From the NCBI GenBank assembly GCA_963771275.1, contig CAVYSW010000005.1, forward strand, positions 1-64,000: a stretch of 64,000 nucleotides of DNA, read 5' to 3'. This stretch comes from an uncultured Gemmatimonadales bacterium. GTDB taxonomy: Bacteria > Gemmatimonadota > Gemmatimonadetes > Gemmatimonadales > GWC2-71-9. The stretch's first letter is position 1, and each line of letters begins with the position of its first letter. Of this stretch, positions 28,089 through 41,735 are shown piece by piece. Position numbers and translations under genes: made by a program. The notes under the pieces were generated by a model. The model made no database searches and was not told where the DNA came from. It was given only the letters and a program-made list of their open reading frames with translations.

Positions 28089-29189
28089 TCAGGCCGAAGC
28101 TGCCCGCTCCAGCGCGCCGAATCGCTTGAAGGCGAGCAGCGCCCGGTAGGTGATCCAGGGACTGGGCCGCCCGGCGCGGTCCAGCGTCCCATGCATCTTG
28201 CCGTTCAAGCCCCCGCTCATCGTCCACATCCCATCCGCCCCGCACGCCGCGCGCAGGAGCGCGAGTCCGCCCTCGATCGTTTGGTCGCGCCGCGCGCCCG
28301 CCTCGCCAAGCAGGAGCAGCACCTCGAGCAGGTCGGAGTTGTAGCTCCCCGGAAAGCTGAAATTCAGCCAGCCCTGCTTCGGGCGCCGGGGCTCGGCGCG
28401 GCCGGCGGCGATCCAGCGCGGCTTGGCCGCGCGGCGCTCGGCGGGGGTCGCCGTGCGTGCCCAGACGCGCCACGCCGGGGCGTCCCGCGGCACGTACTCG
28501 TACAGCCGGAACTGCTTCAGCACCTGGACCATGCCTTCGATCGTGGCGCGGTCGTCCGCCGTGCGGTGCTCGGGCGGCAGCGCCAGGAGCGCCTTCAGCA
28601 CCTTGGGCACGGTCATGACGCACGCGGGCAGCAGCGAGTCGTCCACCACGTAACAGCCGAAGCCGAGGCCCGGCTGGAAGCGGTGCCGGCAGACGTCGAG
28701 CGCGCCACGCGTGACCGGGTGGCCCGCCAGCCCCGCGCGCGTCAGCACCAGCGCCATGTGCGCGGTGAGGCAGGCGATCGGGTGCTCCCAGTACACGCCG
28801 TCACGCAGCTCGCGAAACGGCAGCGCGCGCTCGCCGGTCATCCGCTCGACCGGACGCGCGGTGTCGATCAGCCGCCGGACGCCGGCCTGGATCGGCGCCA
28901 GATCCATCGGGGCGCCGACCTCGCTCAAGTGGAGCAGCACCCAACACGTACCGTCGTACTTGTGGTAGAAGCCCCGGCCCCAGGTGCCGTCGCCGTGGTG
29001 CGCGGCGAGGGTGGCCTTCACCCAGGGCTGCTCGGGGATGCGTGCGCGCGCCGCCACGACCGCGTGATCGTCCGCCGGCCGATCCAGCAGGTCCGTCAGC
29101 ACGCGCGCCCGCAATGCCGGGTCCGCGGGGCGCAGCAGCCGCTCCAGCAGGTCGCTCTCCAGCACGACGGGGCCCACGCGCGCCTCCAT
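28089..29189 (-). CDS. Prenyltransferase/squalene-cyclase-like alpha/alpha-barrel hypothetical protein
   Basis: HGDGTWG..FYHKY, FSFPGSYNSDLLEVL, ADGMW and PSPWITYRAL repeats. Confidence 0.7.
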   Translation of the reverse strand: MEARVGPVVLESDLLERLLRPADPALRARVLTDLLDRPADDHAVVAARARIPEQPWVKATLAAHHGDGTWGRGFYHKYDGTCWVLLHLSEVGAPMDLAPIQAGVRRLIDTARPVERMTGERALPFRELRDGVYWEHPIACLTAHMALVLTRAGLAGHPVTRGALDVCRHRFQPGLGFGCYVVDDSLLPACVMTVPKVLKALLALPPEHRTADDRATIEGMVQVLKQFRLYEYVPRDAPAWRVWARTATPAERRAAKPRWIAAGRAEPRRPKQGWLNFSFPGSYNSDLLEVLLLLGEAGARRDQTIEGGLALLRAACGADGMWTMSGGLNGKMHGTLDRAGRPSPWITYRALLAFKRFGALERAASA

Positions 29190-29205
29190 TGCGAACGACC
29201 GGCTC

Positions 29206-30126
29206 TCAGGGCGAATAGACCACGTGCGCCCGATACGCGTTGTGATGCTGCGCGTCCGTCTGGAGCGGGAAGATCGGCCGCGGGTCCGTGTTGACCAGGA
29301 TGTCGGGATCGTTGAGGTTCAAGTCCGGGAACTGCCACAGGCCGTGGATCGGGAGCCGCGCGGCCGTGCCCCGCGTGGCCTTGGAGTCGAAGTTGGCCTG
29401 AATCCACGCGTCCATCGTGGCGTCGTCGTCCGCCACAACGTGGCCGTTCTGTGGCTTCCGCTCGTCGTTGACGCCGATGCAGCAATGACACGTCTTCCCG
29501 GCAAACGTCTGGCTGTACGTGTAGGTCGTTCCCTGGTGCGAGCTGGCATGCGAGCCCATGATGCTCGCCCCGGTGCCCACGGGATTCCGCCCGAAGAAGC
29601 TGTGCAGGTTGGGCGCCCCGAAGCTCGCCGCGCCGAAGAACGACCGGAACCGGGCGACGGAGTTGGCGTTCTTCCCCAGGTTGCAGCCGCGGAACTCGAT
29701 CGCCTGGATGTGCTTTCCCCGCACGTCCCCCATCAGGCCGATCAGGCGGTCGATCTCGGCGTCCCGCAGGTCCAGGTCGGTCCGCTCGGTGGCCGTGGCC
29801 TGGGGCGGGGTGCGCCCGGCGATCGTCATCAGCAGCTGGAGCTTGTCGTGCTTGGTGCGCGCGCCGTGGGGTGACTGGCCCCGGTTGGCGAGCGGGAGAT
29901 AGAGGCCGCTCCCGTCCTCGTAGCCGTGCACCACGATCACGAAGCTCGTGGTCGTGGCCGCCTTGATCGCGTTGAGCAGCGTCTCGAAGCTCGCCGGGCC
30001 GCGCGGCGTCACCGTGCTGTTCACCACCAGCGAGCGCGGCGGCAGCACCCGGAACTTGGTGAAGTAGCTGGCGACCGCGCCCGCGAGGTCGACGTTCAGG
30101 CCGATGGTGAAGGCGGTGGCGCTCAT
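29206..30126 (-). CDS. Hypothetical protein with caspase/CHAT/C80-like His-Cys dyad (DUF4347-like)
   Basis: FVIVVHG and IEFRGCNLG motifs; ATG overlaps the upstream TGA (ATGA at 30126-30123). Confidence 0.65.
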   Translation of the reverse strand: MSATAFTIGLNVDLAGAVASYFTKFRVLPPRSLVVNSTVTPRGPASFETLLNAIKAATTTSFVIVVHGYEDGSGLYLPLANRGQSPHGARTKHDKLQLLMTIAGRTPPQATATERTDLDLRDAEIDRLIGLMGDVRGKHIQAIEFRGCNLGKNANSVARFRSFFGAASFGAPNLHSFFGRNPVGTGASIMGSHASSHQGTTYTYSQTFAGKTCHCCIGVNDERKPQNGHVVADDDATMDAWIQANFDSKATRGTAARLPIHGLWQFPDLNLNDPDILVNTDPRPIFPLQTDAQHHNAYRAHVVYSP

Positions 30127-30434
30127 GCGAGCCACATCGGCCCGGGCGGCAGCTGCTCCGCCACGAGCGGCGGCTCGTCGAACTCGTTGAGCTTGGCGAG
30201 CGTCTTGCCACCGGGGTCGACGCGGCCGTCCGGCCACTTGTGCCCCAGCGCCACCTTCTGGAAGTGCTGGATCGCGGCGATCGTCTTCTGCCAGGGAAGA
30301 CCGTCCACCTTGAGGGGCGGCGCGGGACCGCCCTGCTCCGGCGGCACGCCGTTCAACAGCTCCTGCACCGTGACGGAATCGTCCTTGCGGTTGACCGCGC
30401 CCTTGCCGACGGACGCCGAGATCGTCCGAGCCAT
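30123..30434 (-). CDS. Stand-alone peptidoglycan-binding domain protein
   Basis: ISASVGKGAVN..D...VQELLN, VDG...KTIAAIQHFQ and DGRVDPGGKTL; AGGAG RBS. Confidence 0.8.
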   Translation of the reverse strand: MARTISASVGKGAVNRKDDSVTVQELLNGVPPEQGGPAPPLKVDGLPWQKTIAAIQHFQKVALGHKWPDGRVDPGGKTLAKLNEFDEPPLVAEQLPPGPMWLA

Positions 30435-30583
30435 GGGATCACTCCTGCGCGTGCTGGGGAGCTAACGCTGCGTCCCGACCCGAGGGCTTGTCAAGCGCGC
30501 TGGCGGCGGCCGCGACCGGGCGGTAACTCTCCGCTCGATGGGCCTGAAGTGAGAGCGGCGCCCAGGGGCAGCGAGGAGGCGGT

Positions 30584-31843
30584 ATGAGACTCGGGGCGGG
30601 TCACCTGGTGCCCGCGTTGACGGCCGTCTTGGCCGCCGGCTGTGGCGGAGCCCCACGCGCGGGCGGCGGCCCGGATTGGCAAGCCCAGGTCGATACCATC
30701 GGCGACACGATCGTGGTGCGCACCGTGGCCGGCAGCGCCTGGGGCACGGCGGAGCTCGTGCCGGACGTCCGGATCGGCGCCGTCGAGGGCGCCGACTACG
30801 AGATCTTCGGCCAGATCGGGGCCCTCGCGGTCGATACCGCCGGTGACATCTACGTGTACGATCAGCAGGTCCCCGCGCTCCGCAAGTACGCGCCTGACGG
30901 CCGCTATCTGGCGACCCTCGGCCGCAAGGGGCGTGGCCCGGGCGAGTACGCCAACAGCGACGGGGGGCTCGCCGTGCTGCGCGACGGCCGGGTCGTGCTG
31001 CGGGATCCCGGCAACGCCCGCTTCACGGTGTACGCGCCGGACGACACGTACCTCACGAGCTGGCCGATGCGCGGCGGGACGTTCACGTCCGTGCCGATCA
31101 TTCCGGTCGCGGATGGCGGCTTCTACAGCCCCGTGTTCTGGCGCGGCGAGCCGATGCGGCTCGTCCACTACGGGCCCAACGGCACGCCTGGCGACTCCTT
31201 GCTGCCGCCCAACCGGCCGGTGGAGTCAGCGACCGTGACCGCACGAGTGAAGGGCGCGAGCCAGACCTGGACGGTGCCCTTCACGGCGGGCGCGCCATGG
31301 GTCCTCCACCCGGATGGGTACTTCGTGTCGGCCGTTACCGACGTCTACGCCATCGACCTGCTACGCCCCAACGATCGTGTCCTCAGGGTGGCGAAGCAGG
31401 CGGAGCCCGTGCCCGCGACGGCGGACGAGCGCGCCACGGAGGAGCGGCGCGTCACGGACGCGATGCGCCAGCTCGATCCCTCGTGGCGCTGGAACGGGCC
31501 GTCGATCCCGAAGACCAAGCCCCTCATCAGCGCGCTCTATGCCGCCGATGACGGGCGGCTCTGGGTGAAGCTGCACCAGCTCGCCGCGCGCGTGCCGGAC
31601 GAGGAGCGGGAGCCGGGGACGGCGGGTGCCCGGCCCGCGCCGCGGTTCCGGGAGCCCGTGGCCTTCGACGTGTTCGAGCAGGACGGGCGCTACCTCGGCC
31701 GCGTCACGGCACCCGAGCGCTTCGCGACCCGGCCCCGCCCGGTCTTCCGCGGCGATTACGTGTGGAGCACGGAGCGCGACGCGCTCGGCGTGCAGTACGT
31801 GGTCCGCTACCGCATCGTCCGGGCAGGCGGGTCGCCGCGGTAG
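30584..31843 (+). CDS. 6-bladed beta-propeller lipoprotein
   Basis: LAAGC lipobox, GRKGRGPGEY, FDVFEQDGRYLG and ERDALGVQYVVRY. Confidence 0.85.
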   Translation: MRLGAGHLVPALTAVLAAGCGGAPRAGGGPDWQAQVDTIGDTIVVRTVAGSAWGTAELVPDVRIGAVEGADYEIFGQIGALAVDTAGDIYVYDQQVPALRKYAPDGRYLATLGRKGRGPGEYANSDGGLAVLRDGRVVLRDPGNARFTVYAPDDTYLTSWPMRGGTFTSVPIIPVADGGFYSPVFWRGEPMRLVHYGPNGTPGDSLLPPNRPVESATVTARVKGASQTWTVPFTAGAPWVLHPDGYFVSAVTDVYAIDLLRPNDRVLRVAKQAEPVPATADERATEERRVTDAMRQLDPSWRWNGPSIPKTKPLISALYAADDGRLWVKLHQLAARVPDEEREPGTAGARPAPRFREPVAFDVFEQDGRYLGRVTAPERFATRPRPVFRGDYVWSTERDALGVQYVVRYRIVRAGGSPR

Positions 31844-31954
31844 GGAGTCGTGGCGGGGCATCGCGGCGGCGGTGGAAGAGCGGCGCAGCATCCGTTACCC
31901 TGAGCCTGCGCGGCGGCGGCGCGGCAACGGCGACATGTCCTCGAGGAAATCGCC

Positions 31955-33067
31955 ATGGTGAGCACCACCACGCTCAAACCCGGCAAGCGCCCGCTGGTCA
32001 GCTTCGAGACCGGCGACCAGTACCTGATCGACGGCTTGATCGGGAAAGGCGGGTTCGGCGGCGTCTACCGGGCGCGATTCGTCCACGAGGGCGGGGTCGC
32101 CCCGCAACCGGTCTGCGTCAAGACGACCGTGGACGTCGGGAGCTGGCACCGCGAGGCCTACTTCGGCGAGATCCTGCGCGGCCACGCGGGCGCCGTGCAG
32201 ATGCTCGGCAGCTTCGTGGGGCACCAGGGCGCCCGGCGCCCGCTCTACTGCTCGGTGTTCGAGCTGTGCGAGCGGAGCGTGGGCGGCGCCCTCCGGGCGG
32301 GCGCGCTCCGCTGGTCCGAGGCGAAGATCCTGCGGGAGTTCCGCGCCGTCGTGCGCGCGGTGAGCGACCTGCACGCGAGCGGGGCGGTGCACCGCGACAT
32401 CACCCCGCTCAACGTCCTGCTCACGTTCGACGGCCACCTCAAGCTCGCCGACTTCGGGATCGCGACCCACGGCATCGCCCGCCACGTCCGCGCCGATGCG
32501 TTCAACCCGTGGCATGCGCCCGTGACCGTCCTGGTCGGCGGAAAACGGAGCTGGACCCCGCGGGAGGACGTGTGGCAGCTCGGCCAGCTCCTGGCGCGTC
32601 TGCTGGGCGCCGACGTCCCGCAGCGCCTGCACAGCGCCCACGTGCGGAAGCTCAAGTGCTCGGATCGCAGCAAGGCCCTGATCTATCGCTCGATCGCCAG
32701 CCGCGAGCACCGCTTTCCGGACGCGGGTCACCTGCTGGAGGCGATGGCGCGCGATGCGGATCTCGCGTTCTCGCGGATCGGCAGCGTCGCGAACCGCACG
32801 ATCGTGTTCACCGGCCGCGGCACGATGGCGCGCGCGGCGCTGTGGCAGATTGCCCGCCGGGCCGGCGCCCACCCGTCGGCGCGGGTGTCCCGGGACGTTG
32901 ATGTGGTCGTGGTGAGTGGCCGGTCGCCGGTCTGGGCGGCGGGCGCGACCGGCCGGAAGATCATGGCCGCGCTCCGGCTCCGGGACGAGGGCCACGCCAT
33001 CCGCTTCGTCACCGAGTCGCGGTTCGTCGCCGTGGCGCGCGGCCGACCCGGCCCGCGCCGCCGCTGA
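31955..33067 (+). CDS. Ser/Thr kinase fused to a C-terminal BRCT domain
   Basis: [25 protein letters not shown] and DVWQLG; tail TIVFTG...R...GA...[10 protein letters not shown]......GRK...A resembles the LigA BRCT domain. Confidence 0.8.
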   Translation: MVSTTTLKPGKRPLVSFETGDQYLIDGLIGKGGFGGVYRARFVHEGGVAPQPVCVKTTVDVGSWHREAYFGEILRGHAGAVQMLGSFVGHQGARRPLYCSVFELCERSVGGALRAGALRWSEAKILREFRAVVRAVSDLHASGAVHRDITPLNVLLTFDGHLKLADFGIATHGIARHVRADAFNPWHAPVTVLVGGKRSWTPREDVWQLGQLLARLLGADVPQRLHSAHVRKLKCSDRSKALIYRSIASREHRFPDAGHLLEAMARDADLAFSRIGSVANRTIVFTGRGTMARAALWQIARRAGAHPSARVSRDVDVVVVSGRSPVWAAGATGRKIMAALRLRDEGHAIRFVTESRFVAVARGRPGPRRR

Positions 33068-33099
33068 CCGGCGGCGCCATCACCAGCGCGAGCGCCTGG

Positions 33100-34494
33100 G
33101 TGCCGGACCTCAGCAAGACTGCCTTCGTCGAGGGGTGGCGGTGTCCCAACCGTCTCTGGTGGTACGTCCACGAACCCGACGCACCGGAGCGGGTACCCAC
33201 CGCGAGCGACCTGCTCCGCATGGAGCAGGGTCAGCAGGTCCATGCGCTCGCGCGGTCCTACGTGCCGGGAGCCATCTACAACGCGGCCTTCCGCGCCGAC
33301 GACGTGTTCGTCGAGGTGGACATCCTGGAGAGGGCAGGGAGAGGCTTCAGCCTGGTCGAGGTGAAGTCCGCCACCGCCGTGAAGCCGGAGTACGTCCCGG
33401 ACGTCGCCATTCAGGTGTACGTCGCGCGGGGCGCGGGGGTCCCGGTCACCCGCGCCGAGCTGATGCACCTGAACAAGCACTGCCGGTATCCCGACCTGTC
33501 GGATCTCTTCACTCGCGAAGACGTCACGGCGCAAGTCGAGGCCATCCTGCCAGACATCCCGAGGCAGCTCGCCGAGCAACGACGCGTGATCGGGGGCCCC
33601 AACCCCGGGCTCGCGTTCGGGCCGCAGTGTTTCGACGCGCGCGACTGTCCCTTCACGGATCGCTGCTGGCCCACGATCACGCGGGACCATGTGCTGAGCC
33701 TGGCGCGCGTGAAGCTGAGCAGGGCGTACGAGTGGATGCAGCAGGGCATCCACGCGATCCGGGATCTGCCGCTCGATGCCGGGCTGCCGCTCGTTGCCCA
33801 ACGCCAGGTGCGGGCCGTCAAGCAAGGCGCGATGATCATCGGCCCTGGACTCGCAGACGCGCTTGCCGCCTTCGAGGCTCCGATGGCGTTCCTGGACTTC
33901 GAGACCGTGCAGCCGGCCATCCCCGTGTGGGACGGGTGCTGGCCCTGGCAGCAGGTCCCCGTCCAGTTCAGCTGCCACGTACTCAGTGCCGATGGAGCCC
34001 TGCGGCACCATGCCTGGCTGGCCGAGGGCCCCGGCGATCCCCGGGAGCCTCTCGCGCGTGCGATGATCGCCGCGTGCGCCGGTGCCCGCACGGTCGTCAG
34101 CTACTGGGCGACCTTCGAGCGCAGTCGTATCGCGGAGCTCGCCGACGCGCTGCCGGAGCTGGCGACGGACCTCCTGGACATCAACCGCCGGATGCTGGAC
34201 CTCCATCCGGTCGTCCGGGACCACCTGTACCACCCCGACTTCCTCGGCAGCTTCAGCCTCAAGGCGATCGTCCCGGCCCTGATCCCCGAGCTGGCTTACG
34301 ATGACCTGGAGGTGAAGGAAGGCGGTGAAGCGAGCGCGCTGCTCACGCGGTACCTGTTTGCGCCCGGAGCGCTGGCGCCGGCAGCGACGGTGAACCTGCG
34401 AAGGGACCTCTTGGCGTATTGTGAGCGGGACACGTTCGTCATGGTGGCGCTGCTGGGCCGGTTGCATCAGCTTGCTGTGCGGGCGGGTGGGTGA
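33100..34494 (+). CDS. DUF2779-type nuclease: Cas4/RecB-like PD-(D/E)XK domain plus RNase H-like/DEDD domain
   Basis: LSKT...RCPNRLW, EVDIL..LVEVKS, DVAIQ and C-x5-CPF-x3-C; then FLDFET, QFS, SFSLK and LLAYCERD. Confidence 0.85.
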   Translation: MPDLSKTAFVEGWRCPNRLWWYVHEPDAPERVPTASDLLRMEQGQQVHALARSYVPGAIYNAAFRADDVFVEVDILERAGRGFSLVEVKSATAVKPEYVPDVAIQVYVARGAGVPVTRAELMHLNKHCRYPDLSDLFTREDVTAQVEAILPDIPRQLAEQRRVIGGPNPGLAFGPQCFDARDCPFTDRCWPTITRDHVLSLARVKLSRAYEWMQQGIHAIRDLPLDAGLPLVAQRQVRAVKQGAMIIGPGLADALAAFEAPMAFLDFETVQPAIPVWDGCWPWQQVPVQFSCHVLSADGALRHHAWLAEGPGDPREPLARAMIAACAGARTVVSYWATFERSRIAELADALPELATDLLDINRRMLDLHPVVRDHLYHPDFLGSFSLKAIVPALIPELAYDDLEVKEGGEASALLTRYLFAPGALAPAATVNLRRDLLAYCERDTFVMVALLGRLHQLAVRAGG

Positions 34495-34544
34495 CCGACC
34501 CCTGGGTCGGGCGCCGGTTGGGGTGCGCCACAACGGGAGGGACC

Positions 34545-36563
<2,019 letters not shown>

Positions 36564-36727
36564 CGGTTGCCATTGCTCCCGGCAGACCCCGGCAACGGCG
36601 ACGCTGAAGTCCGGCATCCGACGCTCGGAAGGTCCCTGAGAGAGCGGCACCATGTCGGTCGATCGATGTCCCCTGAGTCGAAAGGGGCTGAGTTCGACCG
36701 CCGATGCGTTGCCAAGCCTCCGACCTC

Positions 36728-36958
36728 GACCGCGACGATGCCCTTTTCGGGCCGATCCTCGCCGAGGACCGAGCGCGAATCCTCGCGGGGATCGGGGATG
36801 CGGATGCGGCACTCGATGGGATCGAGCGGCTGCTGGCCGGACCGTCCTACGTCAGCGTCCACCCGCTGCGCCTCGACCCGCGTTGGGACCTGATCCGCAA
36901 CGACCCGCGGTTCCAGGCGCTGCTGGTGAAGTACGCGGAGCCGCAACCGGTGCGCTGA
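36728..36958 (+). pseudogene. Orphan C-terminal fragment of a TPR sensor protein (paralogous to the 19119-21731 tail)
   Basis: AALDGIERLLAGPSYVSVHPLRLDPRWDLIRNDPRFQALLVKYA versus ALAAIERLLAGQSRVSAHTLRLDPLWDPIRSDARFQALLVKYA. Confidence 0.8.
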
Positions 36959-37045
36959 CGGAGCGGCGCATCCCTCCGACTTGCCTGACCCTGCTCGCCG
37001 TTCAGGGTCGCCCACGCCGATCCGACGCCATATCTTCACCGGTTG

Positions 37046-38460
<1,415 letters not shown>

Positions 38461-38464
<4 letters not shown>

Positions 38465-40464
38465 TGCCCAACATGACTCTCCGGGAACTTGCTCGTGGCG
38501 GTACCGTCTGCGCGCTGGCCGCGCTGGCCGGCTGCGGCGGCGAGCGCCCCGGTACCGCGCGCGTCACGCTGCTCTCGCCTGAAGGCGCGAACCACCAGTA
38601 CGCCCGCTACTCGCCCGACGGGAGGCGCATCGCGTACTGGGCGGCCGCGCCGACCGGCTGGAACCTCACGGTCGCCGCGGCCAACCTGTCCGGCGCGCGC
38701 ACGCTGGACTCGGCACCGTTCCTCGCAACTCCGCCACTGTGGTCGCCGGAGGGGACGGCGGTCGCGTACGACGCGGGGGCGGACGCCGACATCTGGGTCA
38801 CCCCGGTCGACGGGGGGGCGCCTCGGCGACTCACCGCGAGCAAGGGCCTCGAGATACCGCTGCAGTGGCGTCCGGACGGCCGCGCGCTGGCGTACCTCGC
38901 CTCGGTCCAAGGCGGGGTGCGGGTGGGGGTGGTCGGGCTCACGACCGGGGCGACGACTCCGCTGCTCGCCGAAACGCGACCCGCGGTGGGGTTCTGGTCC
39001 CCCGACGGCTCGGAGATCGCCTACATGGTGATCGACGCCGGGAGGTACACGATCTGGCTCGCGGACAGCGCCGGCCGCAACGGCCGGCAGCTCACGACCG
39101 AGGGGTTCGAGAACCTGCCGAGAGCCGGCCCATGGTCGCCCGACGGGTCCGAGCTGCTGTACGAGTCCCGGCGTACCGGCACCGCCGACCTGTGGGTGCT
39201 CTCCGTCGCCAGCGACTCGGCGCGCCAGCTCACCCGCGACGTGCGCAACGACTACGCCCCCGAGTGGTCGCCGGATGGCAGATGGGTGGGGTTCCTGTCC
39301 GAGCGCGGCCGGCAGACCGACATCTGGATCGTCCGGGCCGCCGGGGGCAGGCCGGAGCGCGTCACCGACGACGAGGCGGCGGAAGACGACCTGCAGTGGG
39401 TGCCGGGCACGAGCGAGATCGGGTTCACCACCGGGGTGGTGCAGAGCGGCCTGTGGACGCGCTCGCTCGCGGGCGGCCCCGAACGGCGACTCACACCCGA
39501 CTCGATTCGCGTGGGCGGCTACGATCTCTCACCCGACGGCAGCGCGGTGGTCTATCAGGTCATCCGGGGCGGCGGGGTGAGCGACCTCCAGGTCATCCCC
39601 ATCGCCGGTGGAGCGCCGCGCACCCTGGTCGCGGGCACCACCCAGAACCGGGAGCCCAAGTGGTCGCCCGACGGCCGCATGGTGATGTTCGTCTCCGACC
39701 GCAGCGGCAGCCACGACGTCTGGGTCGTGGACGCGGCGGGTGGTGTGCCGCGCGATCTCACCGGTTGGCCCACCAATGAGCTCCTCGCCGAGTGGTCCGC
39801 GGACGGGGCGTCGGTCTACTTCGTCTCGGCGCGCGACGCCACGCCGCTGTTCGACCTCTGGCAGGTTCCCGCGAGCGGCGGCGAGCCGCGGCGCCTGACG
39901 CGCGTGGGAACGCTGCAGGGAGCAGTCACCAGCCGGTCCTCCGGGGAAGTGTTCCTGATGATGATCGGCGGCAGCGAGGGCCAGATCGTCCTGAGCCGCC
40001 TCCTGCCGGGCGGCAGACTGCAGACGTTGTGGGATCGATCGAGCGTGCTGGATGTGGCGGCGACGGACATCACGCCATCGGGCGACTCGATCGCCGTCCT
40101 GGTGCAGCACCCGGGTGGGGGCGTGGGCACGATGCTGCTTCCCACCCACGGCGGTGAGGGGCGCGCGATGCTCGGCGACAACGAGGGCGTCCTGGATTGG
40201 TCGGCGGACGGCGCCCGGGTCCTCTACTGGTCGGGGGTGCCCAACGCCGACCTGTACGTGATGACCCTGCGTGACGGCACCACGCAACGCGTGACCGACA
40301 CGCCGGACGACGAAAGCAGCGCGCGATGGCTGCCCGACGGGCGGAGCGTCCTGTTCCTCCGCTCGACGGTGCAGCGGCGGATCGCGACGGTGGATGTCGG
40401 GAAGCTGATGGCGGGTGATCACGCGCGCCGCGAGCGGCGCCGCCCGCCTCGGACCGCGCCATGA
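38461..40464 (+). CDS. TolB-like PD40/WD40 beta-propeller lipoprotein
   Basis: LAGC lipobox and roughly a dozen (W/Y)SPDG-type repeats; ATGA overlap with the kinase stop. Confidence 0.88.
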
Positions 40465-40616
40465 TGCGGATCGCGGAGCCGGGCGCGGGTGCCTGCGACC
40501 GTGCCGGCCACGGGCATGTCTAGCGAGAACTCGAGCGTGCGAGGACCTATGCCTACGCGTGCGATTGCGCGCGCGATCGTCGTCGCCCTGGTGACCTCTG
40601 CCCGCGCGGACCGCGG

Positions 40617-41045
40617 CTAGTCCCTCTCGTAACGAGGATGTGGTGTGCTGTCGTCAGCGAGACGGAGCACGTCGACGTGGCCGCTTCGCGTGACCTCGAA
40701 CGGGCGGCACGTCAAGTCGGGCGTGCGCTGCTGGAACAGGCCTTCCGCCCAACCGGAGCCCATCATACAGAGGGTATCACCGCGAAGCGACCACCTGGGG
40801 CGTTCAGCGAGCGTCGTCATCGCGAGCTGGAGCAAGCTATCCGCTTCCGTGGCGCGAGCCGCGTACGCCGAGTCCGACCCGCGGTAGTACGCGTGAAACC
40901 GCAGCACGCCCGAATCCGCAATCACCATGGTGTACGTGACGGAGTCCACGCTGCGCATCACCCATTCCCCCTTGGAGGATGGTGCGGGTGATGAACATGC
41001 GACCGCGACGCCCGCCAAGCCCAGGACGCTGGCCCACCGTTTCAT
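40617..41045 (-). CDS. Hypothetical lipoprotein
   Basis: GAGG RBS, MKRWASVLGLAGVAVAC lipobox, WSLRGDTL lipocalin-like strand. Confidence 0.65.
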   Translation of the reverse strand: MKRWASVLGLAGVAVACSSPAPSSKGEWVMRSVDSVTYTMVIADSGVLRFHAYYRGSDSAYAARATEADSLLQLAMTTLAERPRWSLRGDTLCMMGSGWAEGLFQQRTPDLTCRPFEVTRSGHVDVLRLADDSTPHPRYERD

Positions 41046-41174
41046 GTGCCAACCTCGCAAAGACCGGTCTTCGACCTGCAGTGCCCAGTCCCGAGAAGCT
41101 ACGATTGAGCCGGGGTGTGAGTCCAGTACTGTGCCGCCACAGCCAAACTCGCACAACGCAGCCAAACGGGGCGG

Positions 41175-41407
41175 CCTTGGCAGCCGGGATACCCGTGGAG
41201 GCGGTGCGCCGGGGGGCCTCGCGGTTCACGCCGGGCCGGATCGCCTGGAACATCGTGATCGACGCATTCCTGGGTGCGAGACCGCTGGTCGGCGACGCCT
41301 GCGACGCCGTGTGGAAGGCGAATCTCCGGAACGTTGCCCTGCCGGAACGGCACGCGGCCGTCCCGTTGGAAGCACGCCAGGCAGATCGCCTCTTCGTAGC
41401 CTGTTGA
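41175..41407 (+). pseudogene. Decayed DUF4112-family gene fragment
   Basis: RIAWNIVIDAFLGARPLVGDACDAVWKANLRNVAL.ERH matches the DUF4112 core; the N-terminus is missing and there is an early stop. Confidence 0.65.
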
Positions 41408-41735
41408 GCGGCTCGGTCTTCCTCCTCTGCGGGTCCCTGAACCACCGGTTCGGTCACGTCCGCACTCCCTGTAAGTCCTGATTCGACAACGATCTTCTCG
41501 ATCGGAGCCATGCCCGCCAACGGGCGGGGCCGAGGTCCCCAGCCATGGCCGGCAGGCGGGTGGGGACCGGGGGGCCGAGTGCCCCAGCGTTCCGGGTGTG
41601 GCGTGCGTAATCTCATAGATGTTCCCGTGCCGGCGCGGCCATGTGCTCCGGCCGGGCGAGTTGAGCGAGACCGACCATCCCTTGACCAGGATCGCGTGGC
41701 TCCCTCCGGGCGCGCCGTGCGACGACGACTGATCG

